DNA of 64,000 bases, taken from an uncultured Verrucomicrobiae bacterium (GTDB taxonomy: Bacteria; Verrucomicrobiota; Verrucomicrobiia; Limisphaerales; JAFGQR01). A model generated the notes under the pieces. The model was not told the DNA's origin and searched no databases. It saw nothing but the letters and a program-made list of their open reading frames with translations. The translations under genes and the position numbers were made by a program. Of this stretch, positions 18,601 through 26,858 are shown piece by piece. The number at the start of each line of letters is the position of its first letter. The stretch's first letter is position 1. The stretch lies in the NCBI GenBank assembly GCA_963788655.1, contig CAWBHS010000006.1, forward strand, positions 32,001-96,000, given 5' to 3'.

Positions 18601-18834
18601 CACCCATTCGGGCCGCAGTTTTTTGTCCGCGGGCACGTAATGGTCAACCGTGTCCTGGCTGTCAAACGGTCCCGCAAACGGCAATTCCCACGGCAGCGGC
18701 AAGGTTGCCCCGAGGGTGATGCCCGCCGCCTTGAGGAAGTCGCGGCGGGCGATGCCGGCTGGGCGGACGGCAGAAGGTGATTGTTCGTGGCTTGAGACAG
18801 GAGTGGTTTCAGCCGGAGGATTTTTCTTTTTCAT
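15607..18834 (-). CDS. Tat-exported GH116 (GBA2-type glucosylceramidase/beta-glycosidase) with an inserted beta-sandwich module
   Basis: RRDFLKAAG Tat motif; IGMPIGGICAG, GEYPIG, EAFSPFIP..DSALPA, WEGCGCCHGTCGHVWNY, EIWTGIEYQVA, PWNEIECGDHYARAMASW. Confidence 0.9.
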   Translation of the reverse strand: MKKKNPPAETTPVSSHEQSPSAVRPAGIARRDFLKAAGITLGATLPLPWELPFAGPFDSQDTVDHYVPADKKLRPEWVNALFARSERTWYQGRELKTIGMPIGGICAGQVYLTGDGRLTYWDIFNQQHNSGYGAKNYQVGREPSVAANPQKLFEMPPLEQGVALRVRQGGKVTVRPLNREGFPATRFCGEYPIGWVEYPDKTLPLEVRLEAFSPFIPLNEEDSALPATLLNYHLKNTSATDLEVSLVGWLQNAVCRHSQAQFAGVMERENRAVSRSGLTAINCRVLKVETAAQTPARPPTVFADFEGQNYGDWKVEGEAFGSRPATGTLEKQQDVSGFAGKGLVNTFLGGDVPHGKLTSPEFTIERDWISFLVGGGSHKNQTCMNLLVDGKVVRTITGKDNERLEPANWNVREFAGKKARLEIVDADSGAWGHVNIDQIEFRDEPASGQPGNLVEQLDYGTMAIAVLANDGTFARPQVDATQINGLSPQLFINSETKSAENSGAQLASPLVGAVGRTVMLKPGADAEITFVVSWHIPNLHRDKKRVGNYYAKRFGNALAVAEYISGNRERLARDTRLWHDTYYQSTLPHWLLDRLHSTISNLATTTGQWWENGRFWGWEGCGCCHGTCGHVWNYEHALARLFPRLERSVREMQDFAPGVGLWGNGAIAFRGEGWGAWAGDAQGGYILKAYREHLVSSDAGFLKRNWPNIRKAVEFLIKEDGDANGLLEGSQHQTYDQNYFGPNTMVGSLYLGALRAAEEMAREMGDTEFAQTCRKLFESGSKLSSKRLFNGEYFIQDVDLKKHPDWQYANGCLADQMFGQGWAHQVGLGYLYPTPQVRSALQSVWKYCWAPDIGPQNQAHKPERWFAYPGEAGLFTCTWPQSKHLGPKSTRYRNEIWTGIEYQVAGHLVWEDMLTEALAICRAIHDRYHPAKHNPWNEIECGDHYARAMASWGVFTALCGFEFHGPAKRIGLAPHLQPDNFQALFTSAEGWGLASQQRNARKQTNRFEVKWGRLALQEIVQQLPKGSKVNAVKLTVGGNAVPTKWKAEGTKVAVTFDGRTLEAGQAIEVTTEWMG

Positions 18835-19111
18835 GGCCATGCCTGGTTTGAATGATCCTGAGTTGATATGCGCTGGTAATTGTGTCGGCCGAAGTAAATA
18901 CAACCACGCAAGAATGGTCAAGGCGAGGAGGCGCTATACTGCGCACGGCCCTCGGACTTGAGGACAGCAGCAGCGTGACCCAGCCTGACCACTTCACCTA
19001 TTCCGCCAAGGATGGCGGCGATCCTTTTCAAGCTCTTGCCATTGCCCTTGGCCGTTCAGCGCCATAATTTCTTCGTGTCCACGACGGACCCTTCGTGGTT
19101 AGCTCCCGGCG

Positions 19112-19897
19112 ATGGAAGTCATTATTCGACCTACGGCTGATGCGGCCGCCGAATTGGCGGCACAGGTCATCGACCACGAGTTGCGGGCCAATCCGCATTT
19201 GGTGTTGGGGTTGGCCACCGGCCAAACCATGGAGGCGGTTTACGGGAAACTTGTCCACCTGCATCGGGACAAACAATTGGACTTCTCGCTGTGCCGCACC
19301 TTCAACCTCGATGAATACGTCGGGCTGCCCGGCAGCGACCGCCATTCCTACCGGCATTACATGAACCATTTCCTGTTCCTGCAGGTGAACATCGATCGGC
19401 GCAACACGTATCTGCCGGACGGCATGGCGACCGATTTGGACGGCGAATGCCAGCGCTATGAAGCGCGGATCAAACAAGTGGGCGGGATCGACGTCCAGCT
19501 TCTGGGGATCGGTCAGGCGGGCCACATGGGCTTCAATGAGCCGCTGTCGGCACTGCAGTCGCGGACCCGGGTCAAAGCTCTGTCGCCGCTGACCATCAAA
19601 CAGAACTCGCCCTTGTTCGAACGTCCGGCGGACATGCCGCGGCGCGCCATCACCATGGGCGTGGGCACGATTCTGGAATGCCGGCGTTGTGTGTTGTTGG
19701 CGACGGGGGAGGCGAAAGCTGCGATTATTGCCCAGGCCGTCGAGGGGCCGATCACTTCCATGATCTCAGCCACCGGATTGCAGTTGCACCCGCGCTGCAC
19801 CGTGGTGGTGGACGAAGCCGCCGCCAGCCGCTTGGAAGGGATCGATTACTACCGCTGGATATTCGACAACGAGCCCGAGTGGCTGCCCTTCCGGTAA
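19112..19897 (+). CDS. nagB: Glucosamine-6-phosphate deaminase
   Basis: VLGLATGQT, FNLDEYVGL, GGIDVQLLGIG..GHMGFNEP, AITMGVGTI, LQLHP..VVVDEAAA. Confidence 0.93.
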   Translation: MEVIIRPTADAAAELAAQVIDHELRANPHLVLGLATGQTMEAVYGKLVHLHRDKQLDFSLCRTFNLDEYVGLPGSDRHSYRHYMNHFLFLQVNIDRRNTYLPDGMATDLDGECQRYEARIKQVGGIDVQLLGIGQAGHMGFNEPLSALQSRTRVKALSPLTIKQNSPLFERPADMPRRAITMGVGTILECRRCVLLATGEAKAAIIAQAVEGPITSMISATGLQLHPRCTVVVDEAAASRLEGIDYYRWIFDNEPEWLPFR

Positions 19898-19984
19898 TAC
19901 CGCTGTCCCGCCGGGCTCGAATTGCACCGGGGCACCCAATGCCCTTCGGAATGCCTTATTCACGGTGGACGCCTGAATACCTTC

Positions 19985-20009
19985 GGGACAGCCGGGACGG
20001 CTGTCCTAC
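19985..20009. repeat. GTAG family A REP that supplies the TAG stop of the convergent minus-strand gene
   Basis: GGGACAGCCGGGACGGCTGTCCTAC; CTA at 20006-20008 is the stop of the 20006-23353 CDS. Confidence 0.7.
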
Positions 20010-23000
20010 GGGAGCGGTTTCTTGGGGCGGACTCCAATTTTTCCCGGCGGAGCGTCAGCTTGTTTTCTTTCCCGCGCGTGAACCTTTTCGGCTTTCCGAG
20101 GCGGCGGTTGATGGGTCTGCGCGGGAGTTATCTCCGGATGGTCGCGGGAAGTGCGCGGAGCAAAGCAGAAAGGGCGGCTGATGGCGGACTGCAATTGTTC
20201 GAAATCCCGCTTGGCTTGACCGGCCCGCGGGTCGTCGGCTTGTTGATACACCTGCGCCCGCAGCGCCAAAAAGTCCAGGTTCCACGGCACGTACGGCTCG
20301 ATCCCAGCCATGACTTGGAGAGTCTGCTTCGTCCCGGCCAGGTAATCGAGGCGACGGGCCGCGGCCAACTCGATCGTGGAACGCTGTTGGTCCAGCAGGC
20401 CAAGGGCGAACGGGGTTTTCAACGTTTGTCCGATCAGGGCCAGAGAAAATTCATCTTCCGTTTGCGCCGCCAGTTTGCTGGTCAACTTGAAGGTTTCTTC
20501 CATGAGTTTGGGATGAGACCAAGGATCGGTCTTCCAGGTCTCCAAACACAGCGCCAGTTCATCCGCAACCTGGGACAGGGCATTCTCGTGCCACAAAAAA
20601 CGGGCGCGCACGGCATCGGCTTCGCCCGGAAACCATGGCCGCAACTGGTCGCCATAACGCAACGCGCGCACGTCGCCCCGATCCGCCAGTCCCATGGCCA
20701 GGATCAGCACCTCCAGCAGGTCGCCCGGTTCCTGGGCTTGGCCTTCCCACTCGTCGGCCACCGCGGAAAAATCATCCGTGAGGGCTTGGAAGGCCGCCTT
20801 GGCCGCCAGCCGTTTTCGGAATGGCTCATCCTCGGATTCCCCGGCATCCACGAAATGGTGGTCCAGGACCAGCGTCGAGGCCAGGCGATCCCAAATGACG
20901 TCCCGGTTCAACTGCCCGTTCCGCAAGTCGGGCCGCGCGCAGCCTTGCGCTTGGGCGAGTTCCCGCAACGAATTCAGCGCGAATGGTTGAGTCCGCCCGG
21001 CCCGCCGCCCCCAGTCGAATTCCAGGTGATTTCGATCATCCGTACCGACCGGGGGTTGCGCGGCCGTCACCGCATAGGCCAGGTGATAATTGGCGAGATA
21101 CCGCGCAAAGACACCTTCGAGATCCGTGACCCGCCACAGCCGCGCCACGGCGCCGGCGAACGGTTCCGCGTGCAATCGCCGGCGCATGTCCGCCACGTCG
21201 TAAGCAACGGGCCGGAGGGAGGCCACCAGTAGTAGATCGCTGGATTGGGTCATCCAGGTTTCGATGAACGGGAACACGGTGGCCAGCGTCGCATACAAAC
21301 CGCTCACGGTGGCGCCGTCCATGACCCGCAGACCGATGCGTTGCGCAAACAGTCCGTGCGGCTGTAAATGGCGGGCGGCGGCCCGGTAGAATTCCCGCGT
21401 GAACTGGCGGCTGGTTCCCGGTTGGCCGGGTTGAGCAGCTTTCGCAATGATCAAGTCGTACGTCTCGCGGGCGGTGAGCATGAATTCCCGGGGATCGCCA
21501 TACCGCAGACGCACTCGGGGATTCGCCAACACCTCGGCATTGACGGCAGCGCAGGCTTCGGCCATTGGCCGGAACGCCGGTTCAATTTCGAGCACGTCCA
21601 CCCGTTCCATCCCGGGCACGCGTCCCAACCATCCCGCCGTGGCGCCGGATCCCAGCCCGATCACCAAGCTGCGTTTCGGTTGCGGATGAACCAATGCCGG
21701 CAGCAGCCCCGCCATGATTTGGGTGGGAGCCTCCGCCCGCACGTTCTCGACGGGCTGGCCATCCATCATCAGCACATACCCGGCATCACGGATCAGCCCC
21801 ACATTGGCCTCCCGTCCTTCGACCTCCTGCACCAAACAACGGCGGCGGGCGTTCGCAAACTCGCGCCGACCCGTGGGCGCCACGGTTGTCCAGGTCACTT
21901 GCCGCGCACCAATGGGCGTGTGGCGCCACAGCGCCGTGGGCCCCATGGCGGTGATCAACCAGAGGGAAACTCCGGCAATTGCCAGTGAGGGCAAGGTGGT
22001 CGCCAACCGTCGCGATGGGCTTGGTTCGCGCGGCCATTGAACCGCCAGAACGATCACCAGCACCAAATCCAGCACCAGCACCATTCCCCGCCAACATCCC
22101 GGCGCGGTCAGCCGTGGCAATAGGCCCAAGCCGCCCATCGCGGCCCCCATGGCGGCGCCGGCCAGCGTCCAGCCGAACGCGCGGGTGTTTTGATAAGGAG
22201 CGGCACTTGGACCCATCCGCGGCAATGCCCCCAGCACCGAGCATTGGACGCCGATCAACACGCTCGCGGGCAGCACGATGAGGCTCGTTACCAATATGCC
22301 GCCGCCCACTTGGGCAATGAATCCGAGGTTGTCCAACGCGATCAGGTCGATGCTCAATACGGCCAATCGATCCCCCAGGGCGTAGGGTACGGCGATCAAC
22401 GCGGCCTGGCACGCCAGCACCCATGCGAACTTGGCCAGGGAAGGCAAAGCCGGTCTGGCCCGCAAGGCATACCCCACGCTGCCCAAGCCAATCCCGGCCA
22501 GCATTATGGTGAAAACAATTGCGGGCGCGAAAACCGTATTGCCGAGCAACGGAATGAGCAAGCGGTACCACACCAGTCCCATCACGAAACCAACCGTCCC
22601 GGTCGCCACCGCCCCAACCGCCACCAAGGGTCGCGGCACGCTGGGTCGGAGGGGGGCGTTGGAATCCGGTTCGACGGTCGGTGGCTGGGAGTGCGCCAGG
22701 CGGTCCGGTGCCCGCCCGGGCTCAACCGAAGACCATTTCCACGCCGCCAGTGCAAGCAGTCCATTTACCGCACAAGCGGTCCAAAGCGTCACCCAATTCC
22801 CCAGGTGCTCAAGCAACACAAACGTGCCCAACCCAACGCCGACGGCGGCGCCAAGGAAACTAGCTCCGTAAAACAAGGCGGGGTGGCGCTGCGAAACGGT
22901 TTGCTCCGGGGAGCTGGTTACCCCGGCCATTTCAACCGCAGCTCGTAGGAAGCCCCCCATGAATAACGCCGGCGGTCCCAGCACCAAGGCCGCGAGCAAC

Positions 23001-23353
23001 CCCTGCACGGCGCTGCCTCCCACGATCCCCAACGAAGTAATTCCGCCCGTGGCCCGGTAGGCATGACGGACCAGCCCCCAGAGCAACGGAGTGAGCGCCG
23101 CGAACAAGGCAATGAATCCTTGGCGGCAGGCCAGGATGCGAAACGGGTTTGGATTACCGGCCAGATTTCGGCCACCGATCAGGCTGCCGGTCGCCAAGCT
23201 GCCCAGGAAACATCCCAAGATGATGGAGTGCGCGGCAACCGTATGACCGAATATCAAACTGAAAGCGCGCCACCAGACGAGCAGGCACAACAACGCGGAC
23301 AGTCCCGTCCCAAACCAACCAAGCACCATCCCGCGCCATCGCGCCGGGGACAT
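20006..23353 (-). CDS. Fused MFS/spermidine synthase-like membrane protein with TPR-like C-terminus
   Basis: Many TM helices, then HPQPKRSLVIGLGSGATAGW, VLEIEP, GDPREF, FTREFY; likely start ATG 23353 (the ORF-track extension to 23917 overlaps the pilin gene). Confidence 0.85.
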   Translation of the reverse strand: MSPARWRGMVLGWFGTGLSALLCLLVWWRAFSLIFGHTVAAHSIILGCFLGSLATGSLIGGRNLAGNPNPFRILACRQGFIALFAALTPLLWGLVRHAYRATGGITSLGIVGGSAVQGLLAALVLGPPALFMGGFLRAAVEMAGVTSSPEQTVSQRHPALFYGASFLGAAVGVGLGTFVLLEHLGNWVTLWTACAVNGLLALAAWKWSSVEPGRAPDRLAHSQPPTVEPDSNAPLRPSVPRPLVAVGAVATGTVGFVMGLVWYRLLIPLLGNTVFAPAIVFTIMLAGIGLGSVGYALRARPALPSLAKFAWVLACQAALIAVPYALGDRLAVLSIDLIALDNLGFIAQVGGGILVTSLIVLPASVLIGVQCSVLGALPRMGPSAAPYQNTRAFGWTLAGAAMGAAMGGLGLLPRLTAPGCWRGMVLVLDLVLVIVLAVQWPREPSPSRRLATTLPSLAIAGVSLWLITAMGPTALWRHTPIGARQVTWTTVAPTGRREFANARRRCLVQEVEGREANVGLIRDAGYVLMMDGQPVENVRAEAPTQIMAGLLPALVHPQPKRSLVIGLGSGATAGWLGRVPGMERVDVLEIEPAFRPMAEACAAVNAEVLANPRVRLRYGDPREFMLTARETYDLIIAKAAQPGQPGTSRQFTREFYRAAARHLQPHGLFAQRIGLRVMDGATVSGLYATLATVFPFIETWMTQSSDLLLVASLRPVAYDVADMRRRLHAEPFAGAVARLWRVTDLEGVFARYLANYHLAYAVTAAQPPVGTDDRNHLEFDWGRRAGRTQPFALNSLRELAQAQGCARPDLRNGQLNRDVIWDRLASTLVLDHHFVDAGESEDEPFRKRLAAKAAFQALTDDFSAVADEWEGQAQEPGDLLEVLILAMGLADRGDVRALRYGDQLRPWFPGEADAVRARFLWHENALSQVADELALCLETWKTDPWSHPKLMEETFKLTSKLAAQTEDEFSLALIGQTLKTPFALGLLDQQRSTIELAAARRLDYLAGTKQTLQVMAGIEPYVPWNLDFLALRAQVYQQADDPRAGQAKRDFEQLQSAISRPFCFAPRTSRDHPEITPAQTHQPPPRKAEKVHARERKQADAPPGKIGVRPKKPLP

Positions 23354-23651
23354 GCTGAACGACCATTGCATTGTGGATTGCATGCAGGCTTCCGACTCTG
23401 CGCCACACTGAATGAGAATGTCGCGCGGATCGACGAACAACGTCCGTCTTCGCCTGGGAAGGCAGCACTCGACAAGCCAATTCCCGATGGGTTTCCCACG
23501 GCCCAGTGCAGCATTATCAGACACCCGGCTGTCCTGTCCTGGTACAGCCTGTTCGCTTTCCAGATGCAGACAGTCCTGATTCCAGCCAAAAAACGTGCGA
23601 AACAAACCTCGTCGGCGCAATCTGGGTCCCCCTTCGTCCCACGACCACTGC

Positions 23652-23667
23652 TGGCACACCTGATGCG
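23652..23667 (+). promoter_or_regulatory. Sigma54 (-24/-12) promoter candidate for the pilin trio
   Basis: TGGCAC-ACCTG-ATGCG; GG and GC at canonical spacing. Confidence 0.55.
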
Positions 23668-23681
23668 TAGAATTACGCAAA

Positions 23682-24311
23682 GTGACGTGCAAATTGTTAA
23701 ACATTTTGCGGTCAGGGGATGGTTGCCGGGCGGGGCAACCACTATTCGATGTGTCCCCAGGCCGTCGGAACGGGCGCCCATTAAACGGGCGGCCTGACCG
23801 CCGTGGCCGTCCACCCCGCGTCAGTTCCTCCGCCCGTGGCTCAATCGCGACGAGGCTTCCGGTGGCGACGCGATCAGGGTTTGCCCTGTTGGAAGTGCTG
23901 GTCGCCATGTCGATCATCGGAGTGGTCTTCGTGGCATTGTACTCCGGATTGACTTATGGGTTCACACGGATTCAGCTCTCCCGCGAAAACCTGCGCGCCA
24001 CGCAAATCCTGATGGAAAAAATGGAAACCATCCGGCTTTACAACTGGGACCAGATCACGGATCCGAACATGATTCCCACGAACTTTACCGCGTCCTACTA
24101 CCCCGCGGCCGGCACCAATCAGGGCGTGCTATACACCGGCACCTTCAGCATCGAAGACCCCGGATTCACCGCCAACTACAACGACAAGATGCGGCGGATC
24201 ACTGTGACGCTAAACTGGCAAACCGGTAGTGTGCATCGCCAGCGGTCCCTCAGCACACTCGTCACCGAAAACGGGCTTTACGACTATGTGTATCAGGAAC
24301 ATTACCACTGA
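23682..24311 (+). CDS. Prepilin-type protein (PilV/GspI-like)
   Basis: SG|FALLEVLVAMSII class III signal with E5; start uncertain (GTG 23751 or 23862 also possible). Confidence 0.85.
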   Translation: MTCKLLNILRSGDGCRAGQPLFDVSPGRRNGRPLNGRPDRRGRPPRVSSSARGSIATRLPVATRSGFALLEVLVAMSIIGVVFVALYSGLTYGFTRIQLSRENLRATQILMEKMETIRLYNWDQITDPNMIPTNFTASYYPAAGTNQGVLYTGTFSIEDPGFTANYNDKMRRITVTLNWQTGSVHRQRSLSTLVTENGLYDYVYQEHYH

Positions 24312-24843
24312 ACTACGCCGCCGCCGCCATGCTTCGGGAGTCACGCTGGTGGAGTTCCTCATTGCGTTTTCAGTGGGCATGATCGTTCTGACGGCGCTGC
24401 TGTCGTTCACCGTGTTCACCAGCCGTGGCTTTGCCGGCGCGTTCAATTACGTCGAGATGGAGGCGCAGAGCCGGTCCGCCTTGGATCGGATGAGCCGTGA
24501 AATCCGGCAGGTCAATCTTCTGACCGCCTATAGCACCGGGCAGGTGGCCTTTCTGGATCATGATAATAAAACGCTCACCTATTCATACTCTCCCGAAACC
24601 CATACCCTGACCCGGATGAAGGATGGGCAAAGCGATGTCTTGTTAACGGGATGTGAATCGTTAGACTTTTCGATCTTCAAACGCAACACGACCAACGGAA
24701 CCTACGACCAATACCCCACCACGGTGGAGGCCAGCAATTGCAAGGTCGTCCAGGTGAGCTGGGTGTGCTCCCGCGAGGTGACCGGGACCAAACTCAACAC
24801 GGAAACCGTGCAAACCGCCAAAATCGTCATTCGCAACCAATGA
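24286..24843 (+). CDS. Prepilin-type protein (PilW/GspJ-like)
   Basis: RRRRHASG|VTLVEFLIA; RSALDRMSREIRQ. Confidence 0.85.
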   Translation: MCIRNITTELRRRRHASGVTLVEFLIAFSVGMIVLTALLSFTVFTSRGFAGAFNYVEMEAQSRSALDRMSREIRQVNLLTAYSTGQVAFLDHDNKTLTYSYSPETHTLTRMKDGQSDVLLTGCESLDFSIFKRNTTNGTYDQYPTTVEASNCKVVQVSWVCSREVTGTKLNTETVQTAKIVIRNQ

Positions 24844-26291
24844 ATCTGAATTCCCGTCGCCACCAATCTCGGACCACCGCCGGCAACACATTGATCCTCA
24901 CCCTCATGGTGGTCGGTGTGATGGGGCTGGTACTGGTCAGCTACCTGTACATGATCAGCAGTTCGAACCGCATGACCGCGCGGTCGCAGGTGTGGAACAG
25001 CGCCCTGGCCCTGGCCGAGGCGGGCGCGGAAGAGGCCCTGGCGCACCTGAACAAAAATGGCGTGAACACCAGCGGCCACATCTTCGGGACGTCCGACTTG
25101 GAGACGCAAGGGTGGACCAAATTGACGGGCCGGCTGTTTATGCGTCGCGCGATGGATGACGGCTATTATGAAGTGTACATCAAAAAAGGCGTCAAGCCGG
25201 AGATTACCTCCACCGGTTACATACCGGTACCGACGGGCCTGGCCTCGGCGCGCGGGCCGCTGGTGGCCGCGGTGGCCCCCTGGGATTCGGGCAATCAGTT
25301 CCTCACCCGCACCGTGCAGGTGATCTGCCGGAGCTCCGGCCGCTTCACCAAAGCCATCATTGGGAAGGACAAAGTGGACTTGAATGGCAAGGATGTGTAT
25401 GTGGACAGCTACCATTCGTTCGATCCCGACGAGAGCACCTACGCGCATACCAACAACTGGGGGCTATACGATCCGGCCAAATTCGGCGAAGCCGGCGACG
25501 TCTCGGTGATTGCCGGATTAAAGGACACTCTGAAGATTTCCAAAGCCACCGTGGTCGGGCACGTTTCGACCGGGCCGGCCGGTAATGTCAAACTGGACAG
25601 CCAGGCCCTCGTCGGCAGCAAGGATTGGATCGGGACCAACACCTCGGGCGTCCAACCGGGATGGTCGGCGGACGACGCGAACTTCGACATGGACGACGTC
25701 GAGGCGCCGTTTGAAACCGGGATCACGCCCGGCGGCGGCTGGGTGGGCACCAATTATTACAATTACATTTTATCCGATGGTGATTGGGAACTGAAGGAAT
25801 TCAAAGGCAGTGTCCTCGTCACCGGCGAAGCGCGCATCCTGGTCACCGACAAAATCAATTTTTCCGATGATCCCAAGGTTAACGACGGGATCGAGATGGA
25901 CCCGACCGCCCATCTGGAAATCTACATGAAAGGCAAGTCGGCCAAACTGGTGGGCAAGAAAGACAAAAAGAAGAAGTCCAAAGGCGGAACCATTATCAAC
26001 AAGATGTGGATCAACGGCGAAGGGAATGCGACCAACTTCTTCTATTTCGGCCTGGATAAAAACACCAAATTGGAAATCAAGAACGTCGATGATTTCACCG
26101 GCGTCGTGTATGCCCCCAAAGCCTCCATCAAGATCAAGGCCGGCACCACCAAGTACTACCATTGCAACATTTACGGTTCGGTCATGGGCAAAAAGATCAC
26201 CCTGGAAAAGGCTGTTTCGTTCCACTACGACGAAAACATTGCCAGTATTGGCGTGGACCGTTACATCGTCGAGTCGTGGTCGGAACTCTAA
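24840..26291 (+). CDS. PilX/GspK-like pseudopilin with a large beta-rich C-terminal domain
   Basis: AG|NTLILTLMVV without E5; ALALAEAGAEEALAHL; GVVYAPKA..GSVMGK..FHYDE..SWSEL; ATGA overlap with the upstream gene. Confidence 0.8.
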   Translation: MNLNSRRHQSRTTAGNTLILTLMVVGVMGLVLVSYLYMISSSNRMTARSQVWNSALALAEAGAEEALAHLNKNGVNTSGHIFGTSDLETQGWTKLTGRLFMRRAMDDGYYEVYIKKGVKPEITSTGYIPVPTGLASARGPLVAAVAPWDSGNQFLTRTVQVICRSSGRFTKAIIGKDKVDLNGKDVYVDSYHSFDPDESTYAHTNNWGLYDPAKFGEAGDVSVIAGLKDTLKISKATVVGHVSTGPAGNVKLDSQALVGSKDWIGTNTSGVQPGWSADDANFDMDDVEAPFETGITPGGGWVGTNYYNYILSDGDWELKEFKGSVLVTGEARILVTDKINFSDDPKVNDGIEMDPTAHLEIYMKGKSAKLVGKKDKKKKSKGGTIINKMWINGEGNATNFFYFGLDKNTKLEIKNVDDFTGVVYAPKASIKIKAGTTKYYHCNIYGSVMGKKITLEKAVSFHYDENIASIGVDRYIVESWSEL

Positions 26292-26305
26292 GCCGTGACG
26301 ATTCA

Positions 26306-26438
26306 GTAGGACAGGCGTCTCGCCTGTCCCGAACGAGTGCAAACCAACAACTTGTATCACGGCGCCGTGAGTCTTTCTATGTCACCAAACGGTGAGGATG
26401 TCTTGGGCAATTCGAGACAGGCGAGACGCCTGTCCTAC
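26306..26438. repeat. REPIN, GTAG family A (sister of 3221-3352)
   Basis: Same ACGATTCA-GTAGGACAGGCG entry and GAGACAGGCGAGACGCCTGTCCTAC exit; 133 nt versus 132 nt. Confidence 0.85.
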
Positions 26439-26736
26439 CACGCCGAACTGCTTCCTCGCACCACCAGCCACTGAAATCGTTACGGCTAAGAAATGGGGGG
26501 CTGACCACCAGGGAACGAAGCACCCGTTCAAATTGAATCGCTGGCGCAAACGCCGGACAAAACGGCCCACTTCCAAAAGAATCCAAGGTGACAAGATCGT
26601 GACAGGCAATTCTTGCCCCGCATAAATACGGATTCTTGAGGGCATTGTCCTCGCTCCCCCCAATACTGTGACAATTCAAGAGGTAACCTGTTTACCTGTA
26701 GAAACTAAGGATTCACCACCCAAGTTGGCTGCTCAC

Positions 26737-26752
26737 TGGCACACGTATCGCT
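26737..26752 (+). promoter_or_regulatory. Sigma54 (-24/-12) promoter candidate for the polysaccharide locus
   Basis: TGGCAC-ACGTA-TCGCT, preceded by an AT-rich tract. Confidence 0.55.
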
Positions 26753-26858
26753 AGCCAAGTATTTGCGTGGGCTGATTGCTTGCCAGATAACCACCTGAAT
26801 TGGCCTCGGAACGCTGTGCCGACGCATCAACTGGTGCGTCCTAAGCCGGACATTTTAC

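Noticed and set aside
23354..23917. N-terminal ~190 aa of the 1303-aa minus-strand ORF
   Set aside because: Not family-like, and it overlaps the pilin promoter and gene.
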